Origin: Promethearchaeota archaeon
GTDB taxonomy: Archaea > Asgardarchaeota > Lokiarchaeia > Sigyniarchaeales > SOKP01
Length of the DNA: 24,000 bases
Reading direction: 5' to 3'
Assembly (NCBI GenBank): GCA_029838195.1
Contig: JALGVJ010000003.1
Coordinates: 65,623 to 89,622, forward strand
Below are positions 9,528-17,606 of this stretch, piece by piece (the first letter of the stretch is position 1; every line of letters begins with the position of its first letter). The position numbers and the translations under genes were made by a program. The notes below the pieces were generated by a model. That model saw only the letters and a list, made by a program, of their open reading frames with translations. It made no database searches and was not told the origin of the DNA.

Positions 9528-9621
9528 TTAAAGAACCAAGCTTCTTGTTTACATTATAAAGAGGCATGGATTTTTTTTCAAGTAAGAGACCATGTATTTT
9601 TAATATTTTTTTGTTCTTAGC

Positions 9622-9885
9622 TTAATTTTTGGGAGTTAAATCATGAAATAATAGTATAGCAAGAAAAGCAGAAAAATAAAGAATTAGAGGGATTGAAGCC
9701 ATTAAAATTAGTATTTCAAAGAGTGCGAAGGGTGCTTGAGTAGGGGTTCCGGATTGATAATGCGTCAGCTCATGAATGAAGGCAATTATTGTTGATGTTC
9801 GAATCCGCATGATGCTCACGTCCCTCTTTTTTATGAAATAGAAAAGCATTAAAAGAAGGAAATAAAAGATCAAACAAACAAACAA
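9622..9885 (-). CDS. small putative membrane protein, N-terminal part shared with the direct repeat
   Basis: 87 aa ORF with two hydrophobic segments; its N-terminal ~35 codons remain open in repeat copy A (LVCWIFYFLLLMLLYFMNKRALNIMRIRTSTIIA). Confidence 0.4.
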   Translation of the reverse strand: MFVCLIFYFLLLMLFYFIKKRDVSIMRIRTSTIIAFIHELTHYQSGTPTQAPFALFEILILMASIPLILYFSAFLAILLFHDLTPKN

Positions 9886-9918
9886 TAAAAAAACACAAAA
9901 CTTAAGTTGTTTAATTTA
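9783..9918 (+). repeat. direct repeat copy B (paired with 4681-4816)
   Basis: caattattgttgatgttcgaatccgcatgatg...aagcattaaaagaaggaaataaaagatcaaacaaacaaacaataaaaaaacacaaaacttaagtt; same orientation as copy A. Confidence 0.88.
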
Positions 9919-9960
9919 AAAAGGGTTCTTTAATGTAGATAGTGAATTTCACGTTTCAGT

Positions 9961-10563
9961 TTAACGCTTCTTTAATCTTTCAGCAATCAATTCGAGATAT
10001 GATTTTCGAATGGATTGGTGTTCTTTAATCCCAAATTGAGCTAAGAAATTAAAAAGCATGGTACGTGCTTTTTCTAATTCTTGTTCGTTTTCCACTAACA
10101 TTTCAACTTCAATAAAATGTTCCTTTAAAATTGGAATATAATCAATTAAAACCTCAATTTTTTCTCCGTTAAAAATGAATTCATAGAATTCTCGTTCTTT
10201 TTTTACCGTGAAAATCTCTCGAAAACCTAATGATTTAAGAATGGTTTTCATGATTTCTCCATCTTGTACTTGGGTTTCCCATTCATTTCTTGTTTTGGTC
10301 GTAGAGTCTATTTTTCTTCCTTTGTAAGTAATGAAAAAATTAATTTTTGGGGTGCTTTTACCCTCATTAGAGGGATCAAATTCCATTGACTTGCGAATTC
10401 TTAGAGCCTCATCGGTTTTTCTAAAATCCCTTAGCTTTAAAGGCATGTTAAAATAAGTATCTTCATGATAAAGCGTGAGAACATGTTTGCCATGGAAATT
10501 CCGAAATTTATTTTTCATTTCTTCTGGATCTGAGATTTTCACTTTTATCTCTGCTTCAATCAA
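9961..10563 (-). CDS. CYTH domain protein (class IV adenylate cyclase CyaB / ThTPase-like)
   Basis: 200 aa; MIEAEIKVKI (ExExK motif) ... ALRIRK ... VEMLVENEQELEKA typical of archaeal CYTH proteins. Confidence 0.88.
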   Translation of the reverse strand: MIEAEIKVKISDPEEMKNKFRNFHGKHVLTLYHEDTYFNMPLKLRDFRKTDEALRIRKSMEFDPSNEGKSTPKINFFITYKGRKIDSTTKTRNEWETQVQDGEIMKTILKSLGFREIFTVKKEREFYEFIFNGEKIEVLIDYIPILKEHFIEVEMLVENEQELEKARTMLFNFLAQFGIKEHQSIRKSYLELIAERLKKR

Positions 10564-10681
10564 GGGGCATGTACTCTTATTTTAATTTTTTATAATAAGT
10601 ATGTAAGATTAATAAATATAAAAAATACTTTAGTTTCAAAAAACATTAGGATAAAGGGAAATTATCATTAATCTACGAGAG

Positions 10682-11617
10682 TTGGTTAAGAAATATGGGT
10701 ATTTAGAGTATATGATTAAAAGATACATCGATTTTTTAGGGGAGCATGATACTTTAAAATTACTTGAAGCTAATGAAACGCCTCTCACGCCATCCATCCG
10801 TGTAAATACCTTAAAAATAACACCAGAGCAATTAAAAACAAGACTGGAAAAAAAAGGGTTTCAATTGGAAAGGGTTGAATGGATATCCCATGCATTTAAA
10901 GTAAAAAAAGAAACCCTTAATTTAGGCTCTACTCATGAATATTTAAAGGGTTATTATTACATTCAAAATGTAACATCGATGCTTCCATCCTTAATTTTAA
11001 ATCCACGACCCAATCAACTCGTGATTGATATGGCGGCAGCGCCAGGAGGAAAAGGAACTCACCTTGCTCAATTAATGAATAATCAAGGAACTTTAATTTT
11101 GATAGATCGTAATAGAAAGAGAATTCTTTCCCTTGAAATGAATATTAGACGATTGGGAGTCACCAATGCCATGATTCTTCATCAAGATTCCATCCTATTA
11201 TCAAAATTAAATGTTATGGCTGATAAGATCTTACTGGATGCACCTTGTACGGGAGAAGGGTTAATTAGAATTGACAAAACTCGAAAAAAGAGTAAAAAAA
11301 TGAGTCATCTTAAAAAAATGAACACTATTCAGAAAACATTATTAAAAGAAGGGCTATCCTGCTTAAAGAAGGGAGGGCACTTAATATATAGCACGTGTTC
11401 CATTGCTCCCGAAGAAAATGAACTTGTCATTAATGCGATATTAAAAAATCAACCAAATTTTAAAATTGAAAAAATTTCCAAGCAATACGGGGTAGAAGGA
11501 TTGACAAGCGTCTATGGAGAAACACTTTTACCGGATTTAAAACATGCTCAACGTTTTTATCCCCATGTTCATGATACGATTGGTTTTTTTATTTGCTTAA
11601 TTAGGAGGAGGTCATGA
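10682..11617 (+). CDS. NOL1/NOP2/sun family RNA m5C methyltransferase (start may be the ATG near 10712 instead of TTG 10682)
   Basis: VIDMAAAPGGKGTHLAQLM (SAM motif I), DAPCTGEG (PCxGxG), STCSIAPEENE (TCS catalytic Cys). Confidence 0.93.
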   Translation: MVKKYGYLEYMIKRYIDFLGEHDTLKLLEANETPLTPSIRVNTLKITPEQLKTRLEKKGFQLERVEWISHAFKVKKETLNLGSTHEYLKGYYYIQNVTSMLPSLILNPRPNQLVIDMAAAPGGKGTHLAQLMNNQGTLILIDRNRKRILSLEMNIRRLGVTNAMILHQDSILLSKLNVMADKILLDAPCTGEGLIRIDKTRKKSKKMSHLKKMNTIQKTLLKEGLSCLKKGGHLIYSTCSIAPEENELVINAILKNQPNFKIEKISKQYGVEGLTSVYGETLLPDLKHAQRFYPHVHDTIGFFICLIRRRS

Positions 11618-11645
11618 ACGAAAAATATTAAATTAAGGTCGCATT

Positions 11646-12233
11646 CTACTTTTCTCGTCGAATATAATAGCCTTTATCAATTAGATTTAAAGCCACGATT
11701 TCATCTTTATTCGCAACCATGAAAGATGCGTGATCTTTCTTTAAGCGTGCCATTGCTAACAATTCATCGTTTTCATTTAAGACCAAGGCTATTTTAGTTT
11801 TCATTTTGGAATATTGAAGTTCCAGAATCATGCCTTTTTTAATGGGATTCCCATATAAAATCGATTTTTCTCCGTTTTCGGTAACTATTATCTTGTTTAA
11901 ATGTCCGAATAGCTGACGCTGATACAAGAATTCCATTCCCTCTAAGCTCATGAAAAATTTACCCTTATTAATAAATCCAAAATAAATTCCGGAAGAAATT
12001 ATTTCGCTTTTTTTACGAAAATCTTCTACTTTGGCTACTAAATCATGCGGAACTAAATAAACTCGAGGGGAATTTTTCTCGGTTCTAAGAGGAGATAGAG
12101 AAAAATATATCTTATACCCAAGATTTGAAATCGTTGATACAATATCATCAATGATATTGGAACTGGAGGTATTTAGTATTTCTGCCTCAATTTTATTAAG
12201 AGGTCGAAAGGTGCTAGTCAAATACTCCACCAT
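11646..12233 (-). CDS. Nip7-like ribosome biogenesis protein with C-terminal PUA domain
   Basis: 195 aa; FRPLNKIEAEI..., RVYLVPHDLVAKVEDF, IISSGIYFGFINKGKFFMSLEGMEFL, GEKSILYGNPIKKGMI, VALNLIDKGYYIRRE align with eukaryotic/archaeal Nip7 ([60 protein letters not shown]). Confidence 0.82.
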   Translation of the reverse strand: MVEYLTSTFRPLNKIEAEILNTSSSNIIDDIVSTISNLGYKIYFSLSPLRTEKNSPRVYLVPHDLVAKVEDFRKKSEIISSGIYFGFINKGKFFMSLEGMEFLYQRQLFGHLNKIIVTENGEKSILYGNPIKKGMILELQYSKMKTKIALVLNENDELLAMARLKKDHASFMVANKDEIVALNLIDKGYYIRREK

Positions 12234-12305
12234 GATTTAAAATTAAATACATGAATTTTTATATTAATACTACATGAAATAATAAAAAAATTTGAGATAT
12301 GAACC

Positions 12306-13022
12306 ATGGGCTTAAAAAAAATTGATGATGAAATTGATTTCAAAGAAGCCATGCGAAAAAAAGCTGCTGAGTTAAAAATAAAAGAGATTCAATCCAAAGC
12401 TAGAGTGGAAAATTTAACAAAAGAGCGGCTGGCTGAACTTGCTAAAAAGCATGGAGTCCTTCTTGCTCTTACCCCAGAATTGAAGGAGGAGGTTAAATAT
12501 CTACAAGAAAAATATAATATTCCTTCTTCAAGAATTATTACGGAACAACTTAAAGAAGAAGATGTCATTGGACGGTTTTCTCGCATTGATCATGAAAAAT
12601 TAGGAATGCTGGCCTATCAGAGAGTTTTATTGCGGAAAGAAGAAATAGGAGTTGGCCTCATTCCCATATCAGAAGTTTATGATTTGGTGAATACTGGCCC
12701 TCTAAAAGGGATCTTAGACATCAAGGATGTGATTAAAGCAATGAATACCTTAAAAAAGAATAAAGTAATCGAAGACGTGAAAAAATTGGAATCAGGAGTA
12801 ATCATGGTGCAATTCTTTCCAATTCAATACACGAGCGATGAAGTCAAGGTAATAGAATTAGCAAGAGAAAAAGGTTATTTATCTTTAGAAGAGGTATGTT
12901 CAACTTTAAACTGGTCGCAAGATAGGGCTTTACGGACGCTTCAATCATTGGAAAATAGTGGACTTGCGAAATTCAGAGACCACATTATAAAAGGAAAACA
13001 ATGGTATTTTCCCTCTATTTAG
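12306..13022 (+). CDS. vps22: ESCRT-II subunit, EAP30 domain (Vps22/SNF8-like)
   Basis: 238 aa; full-length layout of SNF8: N-terminal helices, LGMLAYQRVLLRKEEIGVGLIPISEVYDLVN...DIKDVIKAMNTLKKNKVIEDVKKLESGVIMVQFFP, then winged helix LAREKGYLSLEEVCSTLNWSQDRALRTLQSLENSGLAKFR...QWYFPSI (human: LAEKNGYVTVSEIKASLKWETERARQVLEHLLKEGLAWLD...HYWLPALF). Confidence 0.93.
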   Translation: MGLKKIDDEIDFKEAMRKKAAELKIKEIQSKARVENLTKERLAELAKKHGVLLALTPELKEEVKYLQEKYNIPSSRIITEQLKEEDVIGRFSRIDHEKLGMLAYQRVLLRKEEIGVGLIPISEVYDLVNTGPLKGILDIKDVIKAMNTLKKNKVIEDVKKLESGVIMVQFFPIQYTSDEVKVIELAREKGYLSLEEVCSTLNWSQDRALRTLQSLENSGLAKFRDHIIKGKQWYFPSI

Positions 13023-13043
13023 TTTTTGAAAAGAGTCTTTTTC

Positions 13044-13931
13044 TTAATCAATTTCTATTTTTAAAGCTTGACGGCCACTCGCAAGCTTGATAATTACTGC
13101 TTTCTTGTTTTTTGCCAGCATTTTAAAGATTTCATTGATATCTTCTTGGGGAAGCGTGCTAAACTCCTTATTGGCTTCTCGAATTTCATGAATTAAAATG
13201 GGTTCTAGCTTTCCAAGTTCCAGCGCCCAATCGTAGATCTCCTCTGCCCAAGAATCGAGACTCTTCCAATATATTCGAACTTTATCTCTCTTTTTAGAAA
13301 GCCATTTTGCAAGATCCTGGTCAATTAACTCTTCAATAATCTCATCAATCGCTTGCTTTCTATTTTGAAATTTGGAAAATGGTTTTTCAGCATAAAGCTG
13401 TTTCAAATATAAAATATGAAGAACTGCGTATCTTGAATAATCAAATAATACCTTTGCCCATTCTTCTCGCCATGACTGATAATCATTGGGATTTTTCTTC
13501 TTGTTTGGAATGGAGTACATGAATTCATATCTCGGCTCTTCCAACCACGGATAATCTCTTTTTAAAAACTCATAGGGTTCTAATTCTTTTTCTATTAACC
13601 CGGTCTCTCCAATAATTTCTTTTTCTAATGCATTTAACTCAGATTCCACGAAATCCGTATGCGGTTCATAAGTCTTTTGATCCTCCAGAACTAACTGCCC
13701 GCTTAACACGTTTTCAATTTTCTTTAAACGCCCCTCAATTTCTTCATAGCCCCCTGAGCTGCTCTCTTTCGGAGAAATTTCATCTCGAGACTCCTGTTGC
13801 TTTAATAATTCTTTTTGCCTTTTAAGGGCTTTCAAGCGAGCAAGTTCTTCCCGCAATCGAGCAATTTCATTCTCAGTTTTTTCCCTTAAATCTTTAGAAA
13901 TTACCTTAATTTGTTTTTTTTGCCTTTCCAT
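13044..13931 (-). CDS. vps25: ESCRT-II Vps25-like protein with ~110-aa N-terminal coiled-coil/charged extension
   Basis: C-terminal ~180 aa: YPWLEEPRYEFMYSIPNKKKNPNDYQSWREEWAKVLFDYSRYAVL...FSKFQNRKQAIDEIIEELIDQDLAKWLSKKRDKVRIYWKSLDSWAEEIYDWAL...PILIHEI matches Vps25 (WPWQYRFPPFFTLQPNVDTRQKQLAAWCSLVLSFCR...FNNVKLQRKLPVESIQIVLEELRKKGNLEWLDKSKSSFLIMWRRPEEWGKLIYQWV...FTLYEL). Confidence 0.9.
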   Translation of the reverse strand: MERQKKQIKVISKDLREKTENEIARLREELARLKALKRQKELLKQQESRDEISPKESSSGGYEEIEGRLKKIENVLSGQLVLEDQKTYEPHTDFVESELNALEKEIIGETGLIEKELEPYEFLKRDYPWLEEPRYEFMYSIPNKKKNPNDYQSWREEWAKVLFDYSRYAVLHILYLKQLYAEKPFSKFQNRKQAIDEIIEELIDQDLAKWLSKKRDKVRIYWKSLDSWAEEIYDWALELGKLEPILIHEIREANKEFSTLPQEDINEIFKMLAKNKKAVIIKLASGRQALKIEID

Positions 13932-13971
13932 TTTTCATTCCTTTTTTTAACATGATTTCTTTCAAATTCAG

Positions 13972-15189
13972 TTATTGCTCGCCAAACTCTTCAGCCCATT
14001 TTTCATATTCTTCTAAATCCTTCTTGGTGGTCATGGGCTTTACTTTTTTCATGGTGTTCAAGAAATCTTCTAAAACTAAATCCCTTACCTTAATTTCCTT
14101 ACTCGAATCTTCTAAAAGCCCTTTCATGTCTAATTCTCGAATGGGAATCATTATTACTTCTCTACACACGTTTGAAATATCTCGTCCGCTGTATCCCTCT
14201 GATCTGACGGCTAATTCTATAAAATCATCGTCAGTTAACGCCATGTTAACGCCAGCCGTATGAATTCTAAAAATAGCGGCTCTGGCTTCTAAATCAGGAA
14301 GAGGAACGTATACTTTTTTCTGAAATCTACTTAGCATGGCATTATCTATATCCCATGGACGATTAGTGGCCCCTAATGTCAACAACACTTTCTCCGCAGT
14401 CGATTTTACTCCTTGAATTTCACTAAGTAATTGGGTTTTTACCCTCCTCTCTCCCCCACTTTCGGATCCCGTACCTCTCTTGGTCGCAATAGAGTCAATC
14501 TCATCAATAAAAATCAAGCTAGGGGCTTTGATTTTCGCCACTCTAAATAGGGCACTTATTAATTTCTCACTCTCTCCTAACCACTTGCTTAATAAATCTG
14601 CAGATGACACGCTGAAAAAGGTCGCTTTACATTCCGTTGCTGCGGCTTTTGCTAACAGTGTTTTTCCACAACCGGGAGGACCAAATAATAAAATACCGGA
14701 CCATGGCTTTCTTGCACCGATAAATAATTCTGGTCGGATGATGGGCAATACGATGGCTTCTCGCAAATTTTGCTTCACGTTTTCTAACCCCGCAATATCA
14801 TTCCATCGGACGTTGGGTGATTCAGTGAGAATCGTACCAGAAATCATGTTAATGATTTCTTGCTGTTCCTCTGAATACATGCCCTCATCCGTAGCTAATT
14901 TATCATCTTCCGCCTTACCGGAAGCCGCCGCCGTACCGGAATGCCTGGCTTTCGGACCACTCAGTTTCATTTTAATCTGCTTGGCACGTTCCAAGTATTC
15001 TTGTATAGTAGCCTCACAACGCTTTCTCATGATGGGATTCTTATTATATTTGGTGAATTCTATGAGGATCTCGGCAGCACGGAAATATTTATTCATTGCT
15101 TCCCTATACTGTCCTTTTGCATCCAAAGCCACCGCTGCATTTGCCTCCTGCTTGGCATATAACAACAATCTAGAGTCAGAACTGCTCAT
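13972..15189 (-). CDS. vps4: Vps4-type AAA ATPase with N-terminal MIT domain
   Basis: 405 aa; MIT (AKQEANAAVALDAKGQYREAMNKYFRAAEILIEF...RCEATIQEYLERAKQIKMKL), Walker A GPPGCGKT, Walker B SLIFIDEIDSIATKRG, SRH ATNRPWDIDNAMLSRFQKKVYVPLPD. Confidence 0.97.
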   Translation of the reverse strand: MSSSDSRLLLYAKQEANAAVALDAKGQYREAMNKYFRAAEILIEFTKYNKNPIMRKRCEATIQEYLERAKQIKMKLSGPKARHSGTAAASGKAEDDKLATDEGMYSEEQQEIINMISGTILTESPNVRWNDIAGLENVKQNLREAIVLPIIRPELFIGARKPWSGILLFGPPGCGKTLLAKAAATECKATFFSVSSADLLSKWLGESEKLISALFRVAKIKAPSLIFIDEIDSIATKRGTGSESGGERRVKTQLLSEIQGVKSTAEKVLLTLGATNRPWDIDNAMLSRFQKKVYVPLPDLEARAAIFRIHTAGVNMALTDDDFIELAVRSEGYSGRDISNVCREVIMIPIRELDMKGLLEDSSKEIKVRDLVLEDFLNTMKKVKPMTTKKDLEEYEKWAEEFGEQ

Positions 15190-15495
15190 TTTTAACCCTC
15201 AATTTGATTTTTTCCATTCCATACTTCTACTTATTTTAAATAAGAAAATCTTGATATTTATACCTATTTTTTGAAATATTCATGTCAAGAAAGTTATACT
15301 TTACTAAGATCAAACTCTATTTCAAATTTATCTCCCCAAAACCCTCCTTTCTCACATGAAAATCGGACTCATTAAAATTAAATATCTTAAATTTCTTCTT
15401 TTCTATAAATATATTTTAATAAAATACTTTATATTTTTAATAGAGTCATGAAATATTTTTTACACGTGCATATTAAAAATAACCTTTACAATAAT

Positions 15496-15501
15496 GGTGA
15501 T
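15496..15501 (+). promoter_or_regulatory. putative Shine-Dalgarno element for the ESCRT-III gene
   Basis: GGTGAT, anti-SD complementary, 5 nt before ATA at 15507. Confidence 0.5.
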
Positions 15502-15506
15502 GAGAT

Positions 15507-16136
15507 ATAGGATTTTTAAAAGATTTAAGCAATTGGCTCTCTGGAGGTAGAGGAAAAACCGATTCCGTCCGTTCCGCCGCCATCAAGTTAAAAGTGTTCA
15601 ACAAGCGATTGGCTCGGCAAGCAAAAAAACTCGAAATGAGCGCAAAACTTGCAAGAGATAAAGCCGTCCGATTACGGCGAGAAGGAGATCTAGAAGGCTC
15701 TAAATTCCATGCCCGTAATTACCTGCAAGTCAAAAAACAGGCCAGAGCCATTGAAGTATTTAGAACTAACCTCGAAGGACTTCAATTCAAGCTAGAACAA
15801 GCAAACGCCATTAGTGATGTCTCCCAAATCATGGGGGGTATCGCCCAATCCTTAGCTCGATTAAAAGCAAGCTTATCTCTCCCTCAACTCACGGAAATCA
15901 TGAAAAATGTCCAGGTGGACATGGAAGATTTTGCGATCACTACTGATATCGCTAGTGAAGGCATGGACGAGATTACTTTGGACACGGCAGTTACGGATAG
16001 TGATGTGGACGAGGTTTTGGGTGAAATTGATGCGGAAATCGGCGTGGAAATGGGAACTGCCCTTCCAACAGTAAAAGGCGATGAAAAGATAGCTGATTTG
16101 GAAAAAGAATTAAACCGCTTGAAGTCAAGAGATTAG
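15507..16136 (+). CDS. ESCRT-III subunit, Snf7/CHMP family (Vps2/24/46 branch); proposed N-terminal extension of tracked ORF 15594-16136 with AUA start
   Basis: Tracked ORF begins GTG VFNKRLARQAKKLEMSAKLARDKAVRLRREGDLEGSKFHARNYLQVKKQARAIEVF..., CHMP1/2-like. In-frame upstream codons after the TGA at 15501 encode (I/M)GFLKDLSNWLSGGRGKTDSVRSAAIKLK, the expected N-terminus and start of helix 1. AUA at 15507 is preceded by GGTGAT (15496-15501). Confidence 0.87.
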   Translation: MGFLKDLSNWLSGGRGKTDSVRSAAIKLKVFNKRLARQAKKLEMSAKLARDKAVRLRREGDLEGSKFHARNYLQVKKQARAIEVFRTNLEGLQFKLEQANAISDVSQIMGGIAQSLARLKASLSLPQLTEIMKNVQVDMEDFAITTDIASEGMDEITLDTAVTDSDVDEVLGEIDAEIGVEMGTALPTVKGDEKIADLEKELNRLKSRD

Positions 16137-16271
16137 AAACTTATTATGTTTTTGCTTACAATAAAGATACCATGCGCAACTGGGTTAAAGACCAGAATTT
16201 TTTTAAATTAATTATTATTTGTTTTAATGCCCCGTATTCACTCATTTAATAGATAAATTGGAGAAAAAGGC

Positions 16272-17285
16272 ATGACATTCGAGGTTGTCGCCATAGGAAG
16301 CTGCACGCTTGATTGCATCATTAAAGTGAGCGATATCTTGCGCTTTGAATTATTCGAGAAAAATATCACCAAAAAATACACGGCAATAGAATATAGCCAA
16401 AAACTTAACTTGGAAAAAATTACTTTCATACCGGGAGGGTCGGGCGCAAATATCGCTTGTAATTGTGCCATGCTCGGATTAAAAAGTGCATATATCGGCG
16501 TGCTTGGTAAGGATTTTTCCGCTCAAATCTGCCTTGAAGACATGAAAAAAAGAAGGGTCGATCTCTCACAAGTCAAACAAGTAGAGAATGAAAAAACTGC
16601 TTTTTCTGTCATTTTAAAATCAGAATGGGGGAAAGATCGCAGCATTTTAGCCTATAAAGGGGCAAATAATTTACTCCAACCCTCCGATATCAAGGACGAA
16701 TTGTTTGCCGATATAAAAGCTTTTGCCTGGACCTCTCTCACGTCAGAAAATGGGTGTAAAGCAATTGATAAAGCCATCTCTCTTACTAAAAAATATGGTA
16801 GCAAAGTCTATGCGGCTCCCAGCATATCCATCATTAAAAATAATCCAAAATGGGCCCGCACGCTAATTTCTAAATCCGATGTAGTATCATTTAATCTAGA
16901 AGAAGCCCGTGAATTTACCGGGGAAAAAGAATATCATGATATTATAAATCACGTGTTAAACCTGGGATCTCAATTAGTTTCAATTACCGATGGTTCGAAT
17001 GGATCTTATCTTTCCAATGGAGAGGAAACCATCCGAAGCGGCGTGTATGAAGTGGAAGTGCAAGATACCACAGGAGCGGGGGATGCTTTTATGAGCGGCA
17101 TCATTATCTCCACGCTAAATGGCTACCCCCTTAAAAAAATAGCTCAATTTGCCTCTGCAATGTCGGCTATGGAATGCCAAGAATTAGGTGTGAGAGAAGG
17201 AATTCCAAGCACCTTCGAGGAGTTAAAAAAATTCACGGAAACCCATGAATTAAAACAATACTCCCATCTAATCCATGAAGAATAG
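16272..17285 (+). CDS. PfkB/ribokinase-family carbohydrate kinase
   Basis: 337 aa; FIPGGSGANIACNCAMLG, and DTTGAGDAFMSGII (GAGD catalytic motif). Confidence 0.93.
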   Translation: MTFEVVAIGSCTLDCIIKVSDILRFELFEKNITKKYTAIEYSQKLNLEKITFIPGGSGANIACNCAMLGLKSAYIGVLGKDFSAQICLEDMKKRRVDLSQVKQVENEKTAFSVILKSEWGKDRSILAYKGANNLLQPSDIKDELFADIKAFAWTSLTSENGCKAIDKAISLTKKYGSKVYAAPSISIIKNNPKWARTLISKSDVVSFNLEEAREFTGEKEYHDIINHVLNLGSQLVSITDGSNGSYLSNGEETIRSGVYEVEVQDTTGAGDAFMSGIIISTLNGYPLKKIAQFASAMSAMECQELGVREGIPSTFEELKKFTETHELKQYSHLIHEE

Positions 17286-17502
17286 TTTTCATGAAAAATC
17301 ATTCTCACCTTTTCATCAAGTTTTACCATTAATAAGTACTCATGAAAAACTCTTCCTTAAATTATAATTCCATTTTATTATACACCTTATTTGAAATGGG
17401 TTCTATTTTTCTCGCTATTCTTCTCGCCTTCCAAGAGGATAAATTTTATCTTTTTTCCTTCGTTTAATGATCATGTTGTAAAAAAATGCGCTCTTAGTAT
17501 AG

Positions 17503-17532
17503 TGATTAGCGAGCTCCTCGCTGATCATGGAA
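17503..17532 (+). other. predicted D-loop intron of tRNA-Gly (boundaries ambiguous by 1-2 nt)
   Basis: 30 nt TGATTAGCGAGCTCCTCGCTGATCATGGAA; internal 9-bp stem GATTAGCGA/TCGCTGATC. Removal restores D-loop AGTGGTTA with G18G19 and G15-C48. BHB is only a relaxed form. Confidence 0.65.
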
Positions 17533-17575
17533 TGGTTAGTATGCCAGGTTGCCAACCTGGCGACCCGGGTTCAAT

Positions 17576-17606
17576 TCCGGAGGCTTTTTTCAAACATCGG
17601 TGAAAA
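17576..17606 (+). other. predicted T-loop intron of tRNA-Gly at position 59/60
   Basis: 31 nt TCCGGAGGCTTTTTTCAAACATCGGTGAAAA. Strict BHB: outer helix CCGGG/CCCGG (the T-stem), bulge AT|T, central 4-bp helix TTCA/TGAA, bulge AA|C, inner helix CCGG/TCGG. Confidence 0.85.

Noticed and set aside
9622-9885. HEXXH (HELTH) in the 87-aa ORF as a metalloprotease
   Set aside because: The motif lies in a very short protein and beyond the conserved repeat segment; no third zinc ligand or protease context.
13628-14263. plus-strand ORFs of 65 and 103 aa
   Set aside because: Antisense to Vps25 and Vps4 coding sequence.
14480-15274. 264-aa plus-strand ORF opposite Vps4
   Set aside because: Antisense to the unambiguous Vps4 AAA domain; Ser/Ala/Leu-rich antisense composition.
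12306-16136. Complete ESCRT plus ubiquitin operon
   Set aside because: No ubiquitin, E1/E2/E3, Vps28 or second ESCRT-III gene is visible in this window, so completeness cannot be claimed.
17391-17603. 70-aa plus-strand ORF ending ...MVSMPGCQPGDPGSIPEAFFKHR
   Set aside because: Its C-terminus is a translation of the tRNA-Gly gene; a known type of spurious ORF over tRNA loci.
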